From: Squalus acanthias
Lineage: Eukaryota
Assembly: GCA_030390025.1 (NCBI GenBank)
Contig: CM059431.1
Location: 145,764,001-145,828,000, forward strand
Length of the DNA: 64,000 nt
Direction: 5' to 3'
In this document: positions 1 through 12,074 of the stretch, piece by piece
How positions within the stretch are numbered: the first letter of the stretch is position 1
Layout of the letters: each line of letters starts with the position of its first letter
The notes under the pieces: generated by a model
Databases searched by the model: none
Told to the model about the DNA's origin: nothing
The model's input: the letters and a program-made list of their open reading frames with translations, nothing else
Translations under genes and position numbers: made by a program

Positions 1-1168
1 TGCCTTCTTTAGGTTTACCGTAAAGCCCTCTTGCCTGAGCAGTTCCAGCAGTTCTGCAGAAGGAGACCATGTTCCTCTCACTCATCGGTAAAGAGGATTA
101 GGCCGTCCACATACTGGACCAGCTGATGGGCCTGCTGAAGCCCTTCAAGCAATTCACCATACATTGGGGAAACATGCTGGGCTGTTGTGGGAGCCCTAGG
201 GCAGACAGTTCCATGTGGACGGTTGGCCTTTAAATGTAAAGGCGAACTTGTACTGATCCTTAGAGGGATGGACCAGAAACCGTTGGAAATATCCAGCACT
301 GTAAAGGTGGTCGCAGATGCCGGGAAACTTCCAATGAGGTCGGCTACGGCTGCAACCGTGCGGGCACAGGCGGGGATGTTTCGGTTGAGTACTCGATAGT
401 CTACTGTGGCCCTCCAGGATTTATCTGGTTTTCTAACCGGCCACAGTGGGGAGTTCACATGGGTAACTATAGATCTCAATATCCCCTGCTTGACTAAAGA
501 AGTCAAAGCCGTTTCAAGTCTGTCTAAGCTTCCCTGGGGAAGTTATACTGCTTTTGTGGGCGGTTCATGGGGTCCCCACTGACACTAACCTCGACCCCGG
601 TTACACTCCCACAGTCGTGCTTGTGAGTGGCAAATGCTGCGAGGTTTTCCGGCACAAATGCCTGGTACTCCCTTGGAGTGTGACTGACCATGAGTTCTAG
701 GTCGTAACCATCCTTTGGTTTTACTGTGCACAAGGTCCCCTTGCCTTGTGCCTCCGGGATGACTGCTACCTCACTACTATTTTGGGTACATGCTCCCCAT
801 AGACAGTGGTTCCTTAAATCCACTAAAATCCTGTGGCCTGTGATAAAGTCGGCCCCCAGGATCCCCTTCCCTTCTTGCTCCCACTTCATTAGGACACAGG
901 TCCACTTGGTGTGGAGCGTTCACAAATGAATGGACAGCGGGATGGAGAATGAGCCAGCCTGCTCGTTACCTGTGAATCCCACTAGGCTGCACGGGACCCC
1001 GTTATACAGAGGTGAATTGGCTGGGTTATCTGAATAAATGAGGGTGCTCGAAGCTCCTGTGTCTAACAGATAGTTCCCTTCTACCTTTTCTACCTCCATC
1101 TTAACATGCGGTATCTTCCAGGCATCATACTCGAGGGGACACAGGTAGACCGGCTGTGCTAGCTCCAG
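1..1168 (-). pseudogene. pol: pol: aspartic protease (~1168-850) followed by reverse transcriptase; frameshifted
   Basis: Manual translation LELAQPVYLC...EGNYLLDTGASSTLIY; ORF 524-889 has GILGADF (protease C-terminal motif); ORF 78-506 has RT motifs. Confidence 0.9.
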
Positions 1169-2914
1169 TCATGCCTCTGGGTTGAATGGGGCAGATGGGA
1201 TCAGAGCGCCAGTGGCTGTAGCCACCTTCCCTGGGCCACAAACAGGACTCTGATGGCCACTACTATTATGTCCAGTGTGAGGGAAGACGTCGGAGCCTCT
1301 ACTTTTGGGGCAGGAGTTGGGGACTTCTTTGCTAGGCTCTCCTTCCAGGGATTCCTACAGTCCTTTCTCCAGTGCCCAGTCTTCCCGCACCCGAAGCAGC
1401 TACGCTTCGTGTCGGAAGGTTTACCACCTTCCTGGTGCCACTCCTTCTTATCCTGACTGGGCTTTATCTCATGCACCTTCCCTTTCGGTGGGGTGTCTTC
1501 ATCTCCCCTAACGTTCCAGTAGGCTATTGTCAGTTGCCCTGACCACTGCCTCCTCGGTGACCCGGGGCTATCTTGGTCAAACCAAAGCTCAGCCTTGGCT
1601 TTGACTCGTGGCAAGCTGTTTGCCACTACTCTACGGAGCCAGTGGGCCAGCTCGTCCCGGTTCAGGTAAGCCCTGTCGAGAGCCCCATTACAAGCACCCC
1701 TGTACACCGGCCACAGCCTGTCTGCGAAAACCTGTTGGGTCTCCCCTGCGAGCTGCACTGTTTTCTCCACCCGGGAGAAAGGACATCCCTCAGTCATTCC
1801 CATGGCCTCTAATACTTCCTCCCTGAAGGCAGCATACCCGGTCTGTCCTCCCTTGCTCTCAGTAGAGAGTGACTGGTACAATTTGCCATCTAATGAGAAC
1901 AAGAGCAATTTTGCCATATCGGCATCGTCAATCGTAATGGCTCCTGATTGTTCCACCTCCATGAAGTGGACTGAGGGGTCTTCCTTTTGGGTAAGTTTAC
2001 TCAGGTGGCTTACCATAGCCCTAAGCTGTTGTGTACCGTGGGGAGCCAAGAATTGACTTTCAAGGGGTCCCTGACCTCCACCACCGGCGTGCGGGCCGAA
2101 TTTTTGCTGTCGTGCTGGGCACATTGGCCCTGGCTCCGACTTCTCGTGCATCGATTCGCCCCCCTCTCCCTGCTGCCAGAACGAGTCAAAACTCGGCGCC
2201 ACAGGTGCTGGTGTGCACTCCCTGTCAGCCTCACAGATTGACTGCACCTCCTGCTGCCTAACCAAGCTTCTCCTTGGCGCCACAGGTGGTGGGTCGAACA
2301 GTCTCCCCCTGCTCTTCCAGGTCTGACCTGGCCGCACCCGGACTTATCAGGCACAGCATGCCTTTCGTCTTGGACAGAGCAAGGTTCAGACTCTCAATCT
2401 GCCTTCTGACAGGGGCCGTGGTCCCCTACCTCAAACTCCCTTGTACTGGCTACTCTATAGGCTGCCTGAACATCGTTTAACTTCTCTGTGAGTTCCCTAA
2501 TTGCTTGGCAAGGCGGGTGTTCACTTCGCGCAATGCCAGTTCACTACTTTTGGCCTCGGTGGCCTGACACTGGAGGTATCCCTTACTGGCACTGTGTTCC
2601 TCCAGCATCTGTGACTGTTCCTGGATCTTTTATGCCGAGCTCTGCTAACAACCTATCCCCTGCTATAGCTCTGGCACGGGACAGTTGGCTTTCTTCCTTT
2701 AGCTCTTCTGTGAGAGCCTGAATGCGCTTCCCATAAGCTGCATTTGTTTCTGGGAGCAGACCAACCATATGGCTATCTCCAAAGACTTAGAGTATTCTAT
2801 GCTCTCAGTCCATGCAGCTGCATCGTCCATAAGACGTTCAGCATGCAATAGCCTGAGGACCCATTTCTTGTGATATTACTTTTTTATATACACAGGATGA
2901 CATCCTCTCTTCCA
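1169..2914 (-). pseudogene. gag: gag (capsid plus CCHC nucleocapsid), broken into several frames
   Basis: ORF 1201-2337 (378 aa) with CX2CX4HX4C; upstream fragment 2583-2768; probable true end ...ALIPSAPFNPEA-TGA at 1169-1171 after a 1-nt frameshift. The start position is approximate. Confidence 0.8.
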
Positions 2915-2971
2915 TTTTTGTTCTCTCCACAAAACCAGCTTTTACTGCTTCACAAGCCTTTCGCCAAAGTA

Positions 2972-2986
2972 CTGCCGCGGTCGCCA
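2972..2986 (-). promoter_or_regulatory. Primer binding site complementary to the tRNA-Arg 3' end
   Basis: Minus strand TGGCGACCGCGGCAG, 3 nt after the LTR-terminal CA; matches the vertebrate tRNA-Arg 3' end ...CTGCCGCGGTCG-CCA as I recall it. Confidence 0.8.
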
Positions 2987-2989
2987 TTA

Positions 2990-4123
2990 TGTAAGGGGTA
3001 TCTTAAGTGAGCGGTTCGAATCGACCAACACCCCTCCGGTTCCTAGACTTTGTGCTTATTTAGGGATTGTGAACAAAATTGCAGTAAACAGGTTCTGATG
3101 AAAGAAATTTACTTTATTGAAAGAAAAAGGTAACAAACTTGAAACACACTTATTACTTAAAACACAGATTCGGGGAACACACGGTACAAGCGAGGGAAAT
3201 GACAATATATCAAACAAAACCTTATCCCTCCCAAATAACTCACTATCTGGCTAGGATTTTGGTTTCAGGAGATCAGGGATAATGCTCACCATCGAGTCCT
3301 TGACAGGATATAGAGTCTTTTTTTTTAAAAGGACTCCGTAAGGCCCTTGGTGCTGCGAGGTGTCTGATGGCCACTGCGGCAGTTGCTCTGGTTTCTTCTT
3401 GCGTGCTGATCTCCTGGCCTCCTTCCTCGTGGCTTGTGGTAAGTTTTGCTGGAGCAGGGAGAGAGAGCTGTGTTTGCGTGGTCAGTCATCCTGAAAAGAG
3501 AGAGATTATGGCCCAGGCTTTCAAATTTATACTGTATCCTTTTTCGCGCTCAAAACCCCTTACTAAAACGAATTCCTTTTTGAATGTAATGACCCTTTGT
3601 CTCGTTTTTGGCGGGCTGGCCAGCTCCGATGGTTTTTGCTTAGTGTTAATCGCTTTCCGATTTAAACACCGCCTTATCTACGCGCCAAATCTTCACTCTA
3701 TTGTCCTTCTGTTGGCGGGCTTTTAAAACTTTTCTCTGGAATACCTGGTTGATTGTTTTTTTGGATGGGATAATGGCTATGAAACTGTGTGATCGGTTTT
3801 ATATTGTCATTGAATCGTTTTTAGATTTCCAGCATTTTGTTTGCCCCTGGGGATCCATATTGAATGTGTTTGTGAGTTTTTTTTGGTCGACAGTTTATTG
3901 CACTGCCTGACCACGCCCCTCTGCAGCCTGTGTGTCTGTGGAGGCGTCTTTCCCCAGTAAGATTCGAAAAGTCAGTTTCCTCAGGTTTTCTTCTTGTGAT
4001 CTTTAGGTTTTTACATCAAATCACTTCACTGAGGTCCCATCATCCCTTAGTTTGTATGAAAAGTCCAAAAATCACTCCTTTAAAACTCTTGTTCGAGTTT
4101 CTGGGGGATTATGCGAAGCTACA
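2990..4123 (-). repeat. 5' LTR (~1.1 kb)
   Basis: TGTA...TACA termini; minus-strand TATAAA near 3525-3530 and AATAAA at 3113-3118; abuts the PBS on one side and satellite on the other. The right boundary is inferred because the partner LTR is outside the window. Confidence 0.7.
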
Positions 4124-4129
4124 GCCATT

Positions 4130-5230
4130 AAAGTCAGAGCAGAGTCACCACCAGTAATGTCAGTGTAGGGTCAGCGCCATAATGTCAGAGTAGAATCACC
4201 ACCAGTAATGATAGAGTAGGGTCACGACAGTAATGTTCGACCAGGTTCACCAACAGTAATGTTAGAGTAGTTTCAACACCAGTAACGATAGAGTAGGGTC
4301 ACCACCGGTTATGTTAGGGCAGGATAACAACAGTAAAGGTTAGAGTTGAGTCACCACCAATAATGTACGAATAGTGACACCTTCAGTAATGTTAGAGTAG
4401 CGTTACCAGGCAGAATTTTAGAGTAATGTAAGCCACCAGTAATGTGAGAGTTGGTGCATCTCCAGTAATGTTACAGAAGGATCACTACCATTGATGTTAC
4501 TGTAGGATCACCAGTCAGTCACGTTATCATAGAGTACATCACCAGTAATGTTAAAGTAGGGACACACTTGGAATGGTAGAGGAGGGTCAGCCAGTCAGTT
4601 GTGTTAGAGTAGGGTCAAGTAATATGTAATGTTAAACCAGGGACACCACAAGTATTGTTAGATAGTTTCGCCACTAGTAACGTTAGATTGAAGTCATTAC
4701 CAGTAATGTTAGAGTAGGATCACCGCCAATAATATTAGAGTGGTGTCAACAACAGTAATGTTAGAGTAGGGTCACCACCAGTAATGATAGAGTAGTTTCA
4801 CCATCAGTAACGTTACAGTAGGGTCACCACCAGTAATGTTAGAGTAGGGTCACCACTGGTAATATTAGAGTAGGGTCACCACCAATAATATTAGAGTAGG
4901 ATCACCAAAAGTAATATTAGAGCAGGGTCACCACCAGTAATGTTAGAGTAGGTTCACCAAATGTAATGTTAGAGTAGAGCGAACACCAGTAATGTTAGAG
5001 TAGGAACACCATCAGTAATGTTAGAGTTGGCTCAACACCAAGAATAACAGAGTGGGGTTAACACCATTAATGTTGGAGTAGTTTCACCACCAATAATGTT
5101 GAAGTAGGGTCACCAACAGCAATGACAGAGTAGGGTCACAATAAGTTCAGTTAGAGTAGGGTCACAACAGTAATGTTAATTCCACGATCACCACCAGTAA
5201 TGTTGGAGAATGGTCACCATCAGTAGTGTT
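4130..5230 (+). repeat. 26-bp satellite (AGAGTAGGGTCACCACCAGTAATGTT)n, degenerate
   Basis: Visible tandem monomers. Confidence 0.95.
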
Positions 5231-5291
5231 AAACGCATCTTCCCCTTTGCTTCCCTTTCAGCATTCCGTAGGGACCGCTCCCTCTGCAACA

Positions 5292-8200
5292 TGGTGCAGA
5301 TCGGAACAAAGTGTTAAGCTGCGAGTTTGGTGAGTGAGGGAGTGAATCTTAAAGGTCAGTCTCTTGTTTTTATATACAATCTTGTCTTGTATGCTTGCAA
5401 TGAGCATTTACATAAATTGAAATGTACTCTTTCTAGTTTTAAGTTTTCTTCCAGCTTGGGCAGGCCTAAGCAAGCTCTATGCTGAGAGAGCAGGTGAGAG
5501 CAATTAATTAATAACTCGTCTAATCTGGTTCTGTAACTGCCAGAGAGCTCACTTACTTAAATTTCAGCAGTATAAATAAGGGAAGCTAGAGTGCTTTATG
5601 TCACGGAGTGCAGATCGGAACACAGTGGTAAGCTGCTAGTTTGGTGAGTGAGTGAAGTGAGTGAGTGAGTGAGTGAGTGAGTAGTGAGTGAGTGAGTGAG
5701 TGAGTGAGTGAGTGAGTGAGTGAGTGAGTGAAGTGAGTGAGTGAGTGAGTGAGTGAGTGAGTGAATGAGTGAGTGAGTGGAGTGAGGTGTTCCTTTCTTT
5801 CTCTATCTTTCTCTATCTTTGTCAGCTTCCAGGAGAGCAGGCGCTAAAAAAGCTGCACAAGAGGGGACAGAGAACCTGCGGTGAGTATTTCTACAGTATT
5901 TCTACATTCCAGTAGCTAAAGTAAAAGTAAGGTCTCTAGTTTAGAGTAAGTAGTGTTTCAAGGGAATAAGGTTCCTAGTGTATTTAATATTCTTTAATTT
6001 AAAGGCAGTAAATGTGTAAAATAAGGGTAGGCCATGGCAGGCAGCTCGGCAGCCTGGAGTCCTCCTCCTGTGCTATGTTGGAATTCAGCGAAACTTAGGT
6101 GTCAGGGCGAACACATGTGCAGGAAGTGTCTCCAGACCCTGCAGCTACTCGAAATCCGTGTTTCGGAGCTGGAGCTCCGGCTGGAGTCACTGTGGAGCAT
6201 CCGGAAGCTGAGATCTTCGTGGGATAGCACGTTTAACAGATGGTTCACATTGCAGGTAAAGAGTGCACAGGCAGACAGGAATGGGTGACCGCCAGAGAGA
6301 GTAAAAGAACTGGGAAGGTAGTGCAGGAGTCCTCTGCGTACATCTTCCTCTCAAACAGATTTTCCTTTTTGGATACTGCGGGGGGAGATGGTTTCCTCAG
6401 GGGAATGCAGCAGGAGCCAAGTCTGTGGCACTACGAGTGGCTCAGCTGCACAAGAGGGGAGGAAAAAGTGTGGAGAGCAATAGTGACAGGGATTCTATCG
6501 TAAGGGGAACAGATAGACGTTTCTGTGCCGCAGACGTGACTCCAGGATGTATGTTGCCCTCCCTGGTGCAGGGTCAAGGATGTCATGAACGGCTGCAGGG
6601 CATTCTGAAGGGGGAGGGCGAACCGTCAGAGGTCGTGGTTCACATTGGTACCAACGACATGGGTAGAAAGAGGGATGAGGTCCTGCTACAAGTATTTAGG
6701 GAGCTAGGTGGAGATTAAAAAGCAAGCCTCAAATGTTGTAATCTCTGGATTACTCCCGGTGCCACGTGCGAGTGAGTATAGGAATAGGACGATAGAGCAG
6801 ATGAGTGCGTGGCTAAAGAGTTGGTGCAGGAGGAGGGCCTTTAGTTTTCCTGGATCAAGGTCTGCTTCTGTGGAAGGTGGGACCTGTACAAGTCGGACGG
6901 GTTACACCCGAACCGGAACGGGACCAACATCCTTGCGTGGAGGTTTGCTAGTACTGTTTAAGGGCGGTGGTTTAAACTAACTTGGCAGAGGGATGGGAAA
7001 CGGAGTGAGCTATAGTAGGGGTTGATGCACAGCCAAATATAGAGGGAAAAACAGTCAGCCTGGAAGGCAGAACAAATATGTAACGGCAAAAGGAGTATGA
7101 CAAGGCTGGGATGGCATTTATTTTGATTCAAGGAGTCTTGCGAGTAAGGCAGATGAAGTGAAGCTGTTGATGAGCACATGGGAGTATGATATTGTTGCTA
7201 TCACAGAGACATGGTTGAAGGAGGGGCCGGACAGCTAGCTCAATATTCGGGGTATAGAATCTTCAGGCGAGACAAAGGGGGGCGTAAATGAGGTGGAGGT
7301 GTCGCAATATTAATCAAGGAGTCAATTACTGCTGTAAGGGGGAATGATATCTTCGCAGGTTCTCAAATGAGGCCATATGGGTAGAACTTAAAAACAAAAA
7401 GTGGGCAAGCACTTTGCTGGGAGTGTACTATAGCCCCCAAATAGTCTGGGGAGATAGAGTGAACAGATATGTTAAGCAATTCTCAGAGAAGTGTCGAAAT
7501 AATAGGTTAATAATATTAGGGGATTTCAACTTCCCCAATATTGAGTGGGATAGTCAGGGTGTGAAATGCTTAGAGGGTGCGAATTGTTAAAGTGAATCCA
7601 GGAGAGCTTTTTGGAGCCCAGCATGTAGAAAGTCCTGCAAGAGAGGGGGCGGTACTGGACCTAATTCTAGGGAATGCAGCCGGGCAAGTGGTCGAAGTGA
7701 CAGTAGGAGAGCATTTTGGTGAGAGTGAGCGTAATTCGACGAGATTTAAGGTTGTCATGGAAAAGGACAAAGATGGACGGAAATAAAGGTTCTAAATTGG
7801 GGGAAGGCCGATTGTAATATGATAAGGCAGGATCTGGCCAAAGTGGACTGGGATCAGCTACTTGTAGGAAAATCCACATCAGAGCAGTGGGAGTCTTTCA
7901 GAAAGGAAATAGAGTGAGTACAACGCCAACATGCTCCCGCAAAGGTCACGGGTGGGAACAACAAGCCCAGGGAACCCTGGATGTAAAGGGATATACAAGA
8001 ATGGATTAGGAATAGAACGGAGGCTTTTGCCAGATACAAAGGACTAAAAACAGTGGAAGCCCTAGAGGAGTATAGAAAGTGCAGGGGGGTACTTAAAATT
8101 AAATTAGGAGAGCGAAGAGGGAGCATGAAAAAACACTGGCGGGCAAAAGAAAGGAAAATCCCAAGGTGTTTTATACAAGTATATTAAGGACAAGAGGATA

Positions 8201-9989
8201 ACCAGGGAAAGGAGTAGGGCCCATTAGGACAAAAGTGGCAATCTGTTTGTAGAGTCGGAAGATGTAGGTGAGGTTTTAAATGAATATTTTGCATCTGTGT
8301 TCACTATGGAGAAGGACGATGTAGGCATAGAAATCAGGCAGGCGATTGTGATATACGTGAACAAATTAGTATTGAGAGGGAGGAGATACTAGCGTTTTAG
8401 CGGGCTTAAAGGTGGATAAATCCCCAGGCCCAGACGAGATATATCCCAGCTTGCTGTGTGAGGCAAGGGAAGAGATTACAGTGCTCTGACCCAAATTTTC
8501 ATAAACCTCTCTGGCCACAGGGGAGGTGCCAGAGGACGGAGCACAGATAACGTAGTACAATTATTCAAGAAGTGATAGTAGGGATAAACCAGGGAATTAC
8601 AGGCCAGTGTGCCTACAATAATGGTAGGAAATTATTGGAAAAAATTCTGAGGGACAGAATTAGTCTCCACTTGGAGAGGCAAGGATCAAACAAGGATAGT
8701 CAGCATGGCTTTGTCAGGGGGAGATCATGTCTGACCAATTTGATGAATTTTTCGAGGAGGTGACTAGGTGTCTGGATGAGGGTAGTGCAGCTGATGTGGT
8801 CTACATGGACTTTCAGTAAGGCTTTCGTCAAAGTCCCGCATGGGAGACTGGTCAGAAGGAAAGAGCCCATGGGTTCCAGGGCACCTTGGCAAATTGGATC
8901 CAAATTGCTTATTGGCAGGATGCGGTTGGTGTTGGTCGAAGGTTATTTTTGTGACTGGAAGCCTGTGTCCAGTAGTGTACCGCAGGGATCGGTGCTGGGT
9001 CTTTGCTGTTTGTAGTGTACATTAATGACTTAGATATGAATATAGGAGGTATGATCAGTAAGTTCGCAGATGACACGAAAAATTGTGAAGTGATAAATAG
9101 CGAGGAGGGAAGCTCAGGCTACAGGACGACTAAGACGGGTTGATTCGATGGGCAGAAGAGTGGCAAATGGAATTTAACCCTGAAAAGTGTGAGTGATGCA
9201 TTTTGGGGGGACTAACAAGGCAAGGGAATACAGAATGAATGTAGGACCCTAGGAAGGACAGAGGATCAAAGGGACCTTGGTGTGCATGTACATAGATCCC
9301 TGAAGTCAGCAAGTCAGTTAGATAAGTTGGTTAAAAAGGCATATGGGATACTTGCCTTCATTAGCCGAGGCCATAGAATATAAGAGCAGGGAGGTTATGA
9401 TGGAGCTGTACAAAACGCTGATTAGGCCACAGCTGGAATATTGTGTGCAGTTCTGGTTGCCACTCGATAGGAAGGATGTGATTGCATTGGAGAGGGTGCA
9501 GAGGAGATTCACCAGGATGTTACCTGGGCTGGAGCGCTTCAGCTATGAAGAGGGACTGGTCAGGGTGGGGTTGTTCTCCTTAGAGCAGAGAAAGCTGAGG
9601 GGGGACCTGATTGAGGTGTACAAAATTATGAGGGGCATATAGATGGTAGTTATAAAGGAACGTTTCCCCTTAGTAGAGGGGTCAATAACCAGGGGGCATG
9701 GTTTCAAGGTAAGGGGCAGGAGGTTTAGAGGGGATTTCCGGAAAAACTTTTTCACCCAGAGGGTGGTTGGAATCTGGAACTCACTGCCTGAAAGGATGGT
9801 AGAGGCAGGAATCCTCACAACATTCAAGAAGCATTTAGATGAGCACTTGAAACGCCATAGCATACAAGGCTACGGACCAAGTGCTGGAAAATGGGATTAG
9901 AATAGACAGGGCTTCATGGCCGGCACGGACACAATGGGCCGAAGAGCCTCTTTCTGTGCTGTATAACGCAATGACTATGACTCTATGAC
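5292..9989 (+). mobile_element. CR1 LINE, full length, many frameshifts
   Basis: ORF1 remnants (HMCRKC, HIGTND, ends GGGLN-stop at 6980); ORF2 EN/RT remnants ending IQGYGPSAGKWD-stop at 9900; (CTATGA)n tail. Confidence 0.95.
5645..5780 (+). repeat. (GAGT)n microsatellite inside the CR1 5' UTR
   Basis: Direct reading. Confidence 0.95.
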
Positions 9990-10369
9990 ACCCTAGTCTA
10001 CTCCTCTAGTCACTTCACAGCCCTCTGGACTCAACATAGAGTTCAACAATTTCAGATAATATCCTCAGCCCCTATCATTTATATATATATTTTTTTATCC
10101 AGACTCTTTGTCTGTCTTTTTTTTCTTCTCCCCCACATGGCAACTGTCTTTCATTCTGCCAGCGCAATTTACACTTCACCTAGAGTCATCCTTTGTTTCT
10201 TAACCTGTCCCATTACCATCTCCTTTTGCCTTTAAAATCTCTTAATGTCTCTTAACCTCTTCCATCCTTCTATCCTATCACAGATCTTCCCTTTTGTTCT
10301 TTCATCCGCTCGCCACTTTCCCAGCCTCTACACTTGCTTAAAAATCTGTTCAATTTTCTGCTTTATTCC

Positions 10370-10406
10370 AGTTGTGACGAAAGGTCATCGACCTGAAACG
10401 TTAACT
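10370..10406 (+). ncRNA. Minimal hammerhead ribozyme motif of Penelope type, core mutated (GUGACGA instead of CUGANGA)
   Basis: AGTT-GTGACGA-AAGGTC-ATC-GACCT-GAAA-CGTT-AACT. Confidence 0.65.
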
Positions 10407-10489
10407 CTGTTTATCTCTTCACAGATGCTGCCTGACCTGCTGAGTTCCTCCAGCTTTTTCTGTTTTTATACCAGTAAATTAATCATTGG

Positions 10490-11339
10490 CTCACCACCAG
10501 TAATGTTAGAATAGGGTCACCATCAGTAATGTTACAGTAGGGTCACCATCAGTTATGCTAGACTAGGATCACGAACAGAATTGTTAGAGTAGTTTCAACA
10601 CCAGTAACGATAGAGTAGGGTCACCACCAGTTATGTTAGAGCAGGGTAAACACCAGTAATGTTAGAGTAGATTCACCACCAATAATGTTGGAATAGTGTC
10701 ACCATCAGTAATGTTAGAGTAGAGTTACCAGCAGTAATGTTGGAGTAAAGTAAGCCACCAGTAATGTAAGAGTGCAGCATCACCAGTAATGTTACAGAAG
10801 GATCACTACCATATATGTTACTGTAGGATCACCAACAGTAAAGTTATCATACAGTCACAACCAGTAATGTTAGAGTAGGGTCACAACTAGGAATGTTAGA
10901 GTTGGGTCACAGTCAGTTGTTTTAGAGTAGGGTCATAAAGAGTCATGTTAAACCAGGGACACCACAAGTAATGTTAGATAGTTTCGCCACCAGTAACGTT
11001 AAAGTACAGTCATTACCAGTAACGTCAGAGTAGGATCACCGCCAATAATATTAGAGTAGGGTCAACAACAGTAATGTTAGAGTAGGGTCACCACCAGTAA
11101 CGTTAGAGTAGGATCACCGCCATTGATGTTAGAGTAGGGTCACCATAAGAAATGTTGGAGTTGAGTCACCACCAGTAATGTTAAAGTGCAGTCAGCACCA
11201 GCAATGTTAGAGCTGGCTTACCACCGTTAATGTTGGAGTAGATTCACCACCAATAATGTTAGAGTAGAGTCGCCAACAGCAATGATAGAGGAGGGTCACA
11301 ATCAGTTATGTCAGAGTGGGGTAACCGCAGGTAATTTTA
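10490..11339 (+). repeat. 26-bp satellite, continuation of the 4130-5230 array
   Basis: Same monomer. Confidence 0.95.
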
Positions 11340-11539
11340 NNNNNNNNNNNNNNNNNNNNNNNNNNNNNNNNNNNNNNNNNNNNNNNNNNNNNNNNNNNNN
11401 NNNNNNNNNNNNNNNNNNNNNNNNNNNNNNNNNNNNNNNNNNNNNNNNNNNNNNNNNNNNNNNNNNNNNNNNNNNNNNNNNNNNNNNNNNNNNNNNNNNN
11501 NNNNNNNNNNNNNNNNNNNNNNNNNNNNNNNNNNNNNNN
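11340..11539. other. Assembly gap (200 N)
   Basis: Run of n. Confidence 1.
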
Positions 11540-11684
11540 CACTGGTCAGCAGATGCCGTCAGAGACCCACGGAGCAGGCCAATGGCCCTCTTGTGGCAGC
11601 ACTGGGGAACTGCAGGGCCTCCCGTCTTAAAGGGACAGCCAGCCAGCATTAACGGTGTGGAACTGCTTTACCAGAAAGTAGGTC

Positions 11685-11835
11685 AGGCACTGATCTCTCA
11701 ACCTCTGGGACTGGGGCTCAGGTACTGAACTCTCCCCTCTGGGACTGTGGGTCTGTCACTGACCTCTCACCCTCTGGGACTGGGGCTCAGGCACTGACGT
11801 CTCACCCTCTTGGACTGGGGGTCAGGCACTGACCT
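11685..11835 (+). repeat. 35-bp VNTR (CTCTCACCCTCTGGGACTGGGGGTCAGGCACTGAC)n; also at ~24445-24662 and ~30140-30562
   Basis: About 4, 6 and 12 monomers in the three units. Confidence 0.93.
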
Positions 11836-11885
11836 GTCTCACTAAAACACTATAAACCAAACACTTAAACTAACTTGACACTGAC

Positions 11886-12074
11886 TGACATAAGGATTCT
11901 ACTAGGCACTCGGTCTAAGCGTTAAACAAAGCTTTAATCAACTGTTATTCAACATGGAGATCGATTTGACCTCCTAGTTCCTGTTGAGGAATGTCCTGAG
12001 CACGCTGGGCCCATGCCCGAGTATTTATACTCTCCCTGGACAGCGCCACCAGCAGGCCGCCCAGTATTTCTTCA
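11886..12074 (-). mobile_element. 189-bp solo LTR with 5-bp TSD CTGAC
   Basis: TGA...TCA ends; CTGAC at 11881-11885 and 12075-12079; minus-strand TATAAAT and ATTAAA; empty site at 30617-30621. Confidence 0.8.

Larger units (their letters stand above)
1..4123 (-). mobile_element. Retrovirus-like LTR element (ERV/lokiretrovirus-like or Gypsy-related), 5' half: LTR-PBS-gag-pro-RT; continues beyond window start; mutated
   Basis: Minus strand carries a CCHC knuckle (CFGCGKTGHWRKDC), protease YLLDTGAS, and RT motifs NSPLWPVRKPDKSWRATVDYRVLN, VLDISNGFWSIPL and QYVDG, in retroviral order downstream of a PBS and LTR. Confidence 0.92.
5232..10470 (+). mobile_element. Internally deleted Penelope-like element split by a CR1 insertion (pieces ~5232-5291 and ~9990-10470)
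   Basis: The two pieces join into an SAFRRDRSLxxTLVxSS-like frame, then ...QPSGLNIEFNNFR-stop (GIY-YIG C-terminus), then a 3' region with a hammerhead motif. Confidence 0.7.

Noticed and set aside
2972..2986. tRNA gene
   Set aside because: Only a 15-nt match including CCA next to an LTR, so it is a PBS
6035..9900. Biological meaning for the high indel density in this CR1
   Set aside because: Could be age or lower consensus quality near the contig end; cannot be distinguished without reads
4130..11339. CRISPR-like regularly spaced repeats
   Set aside because: Contiguous degenerate monomers without unique spacers, no cas genes, eukaryotic context
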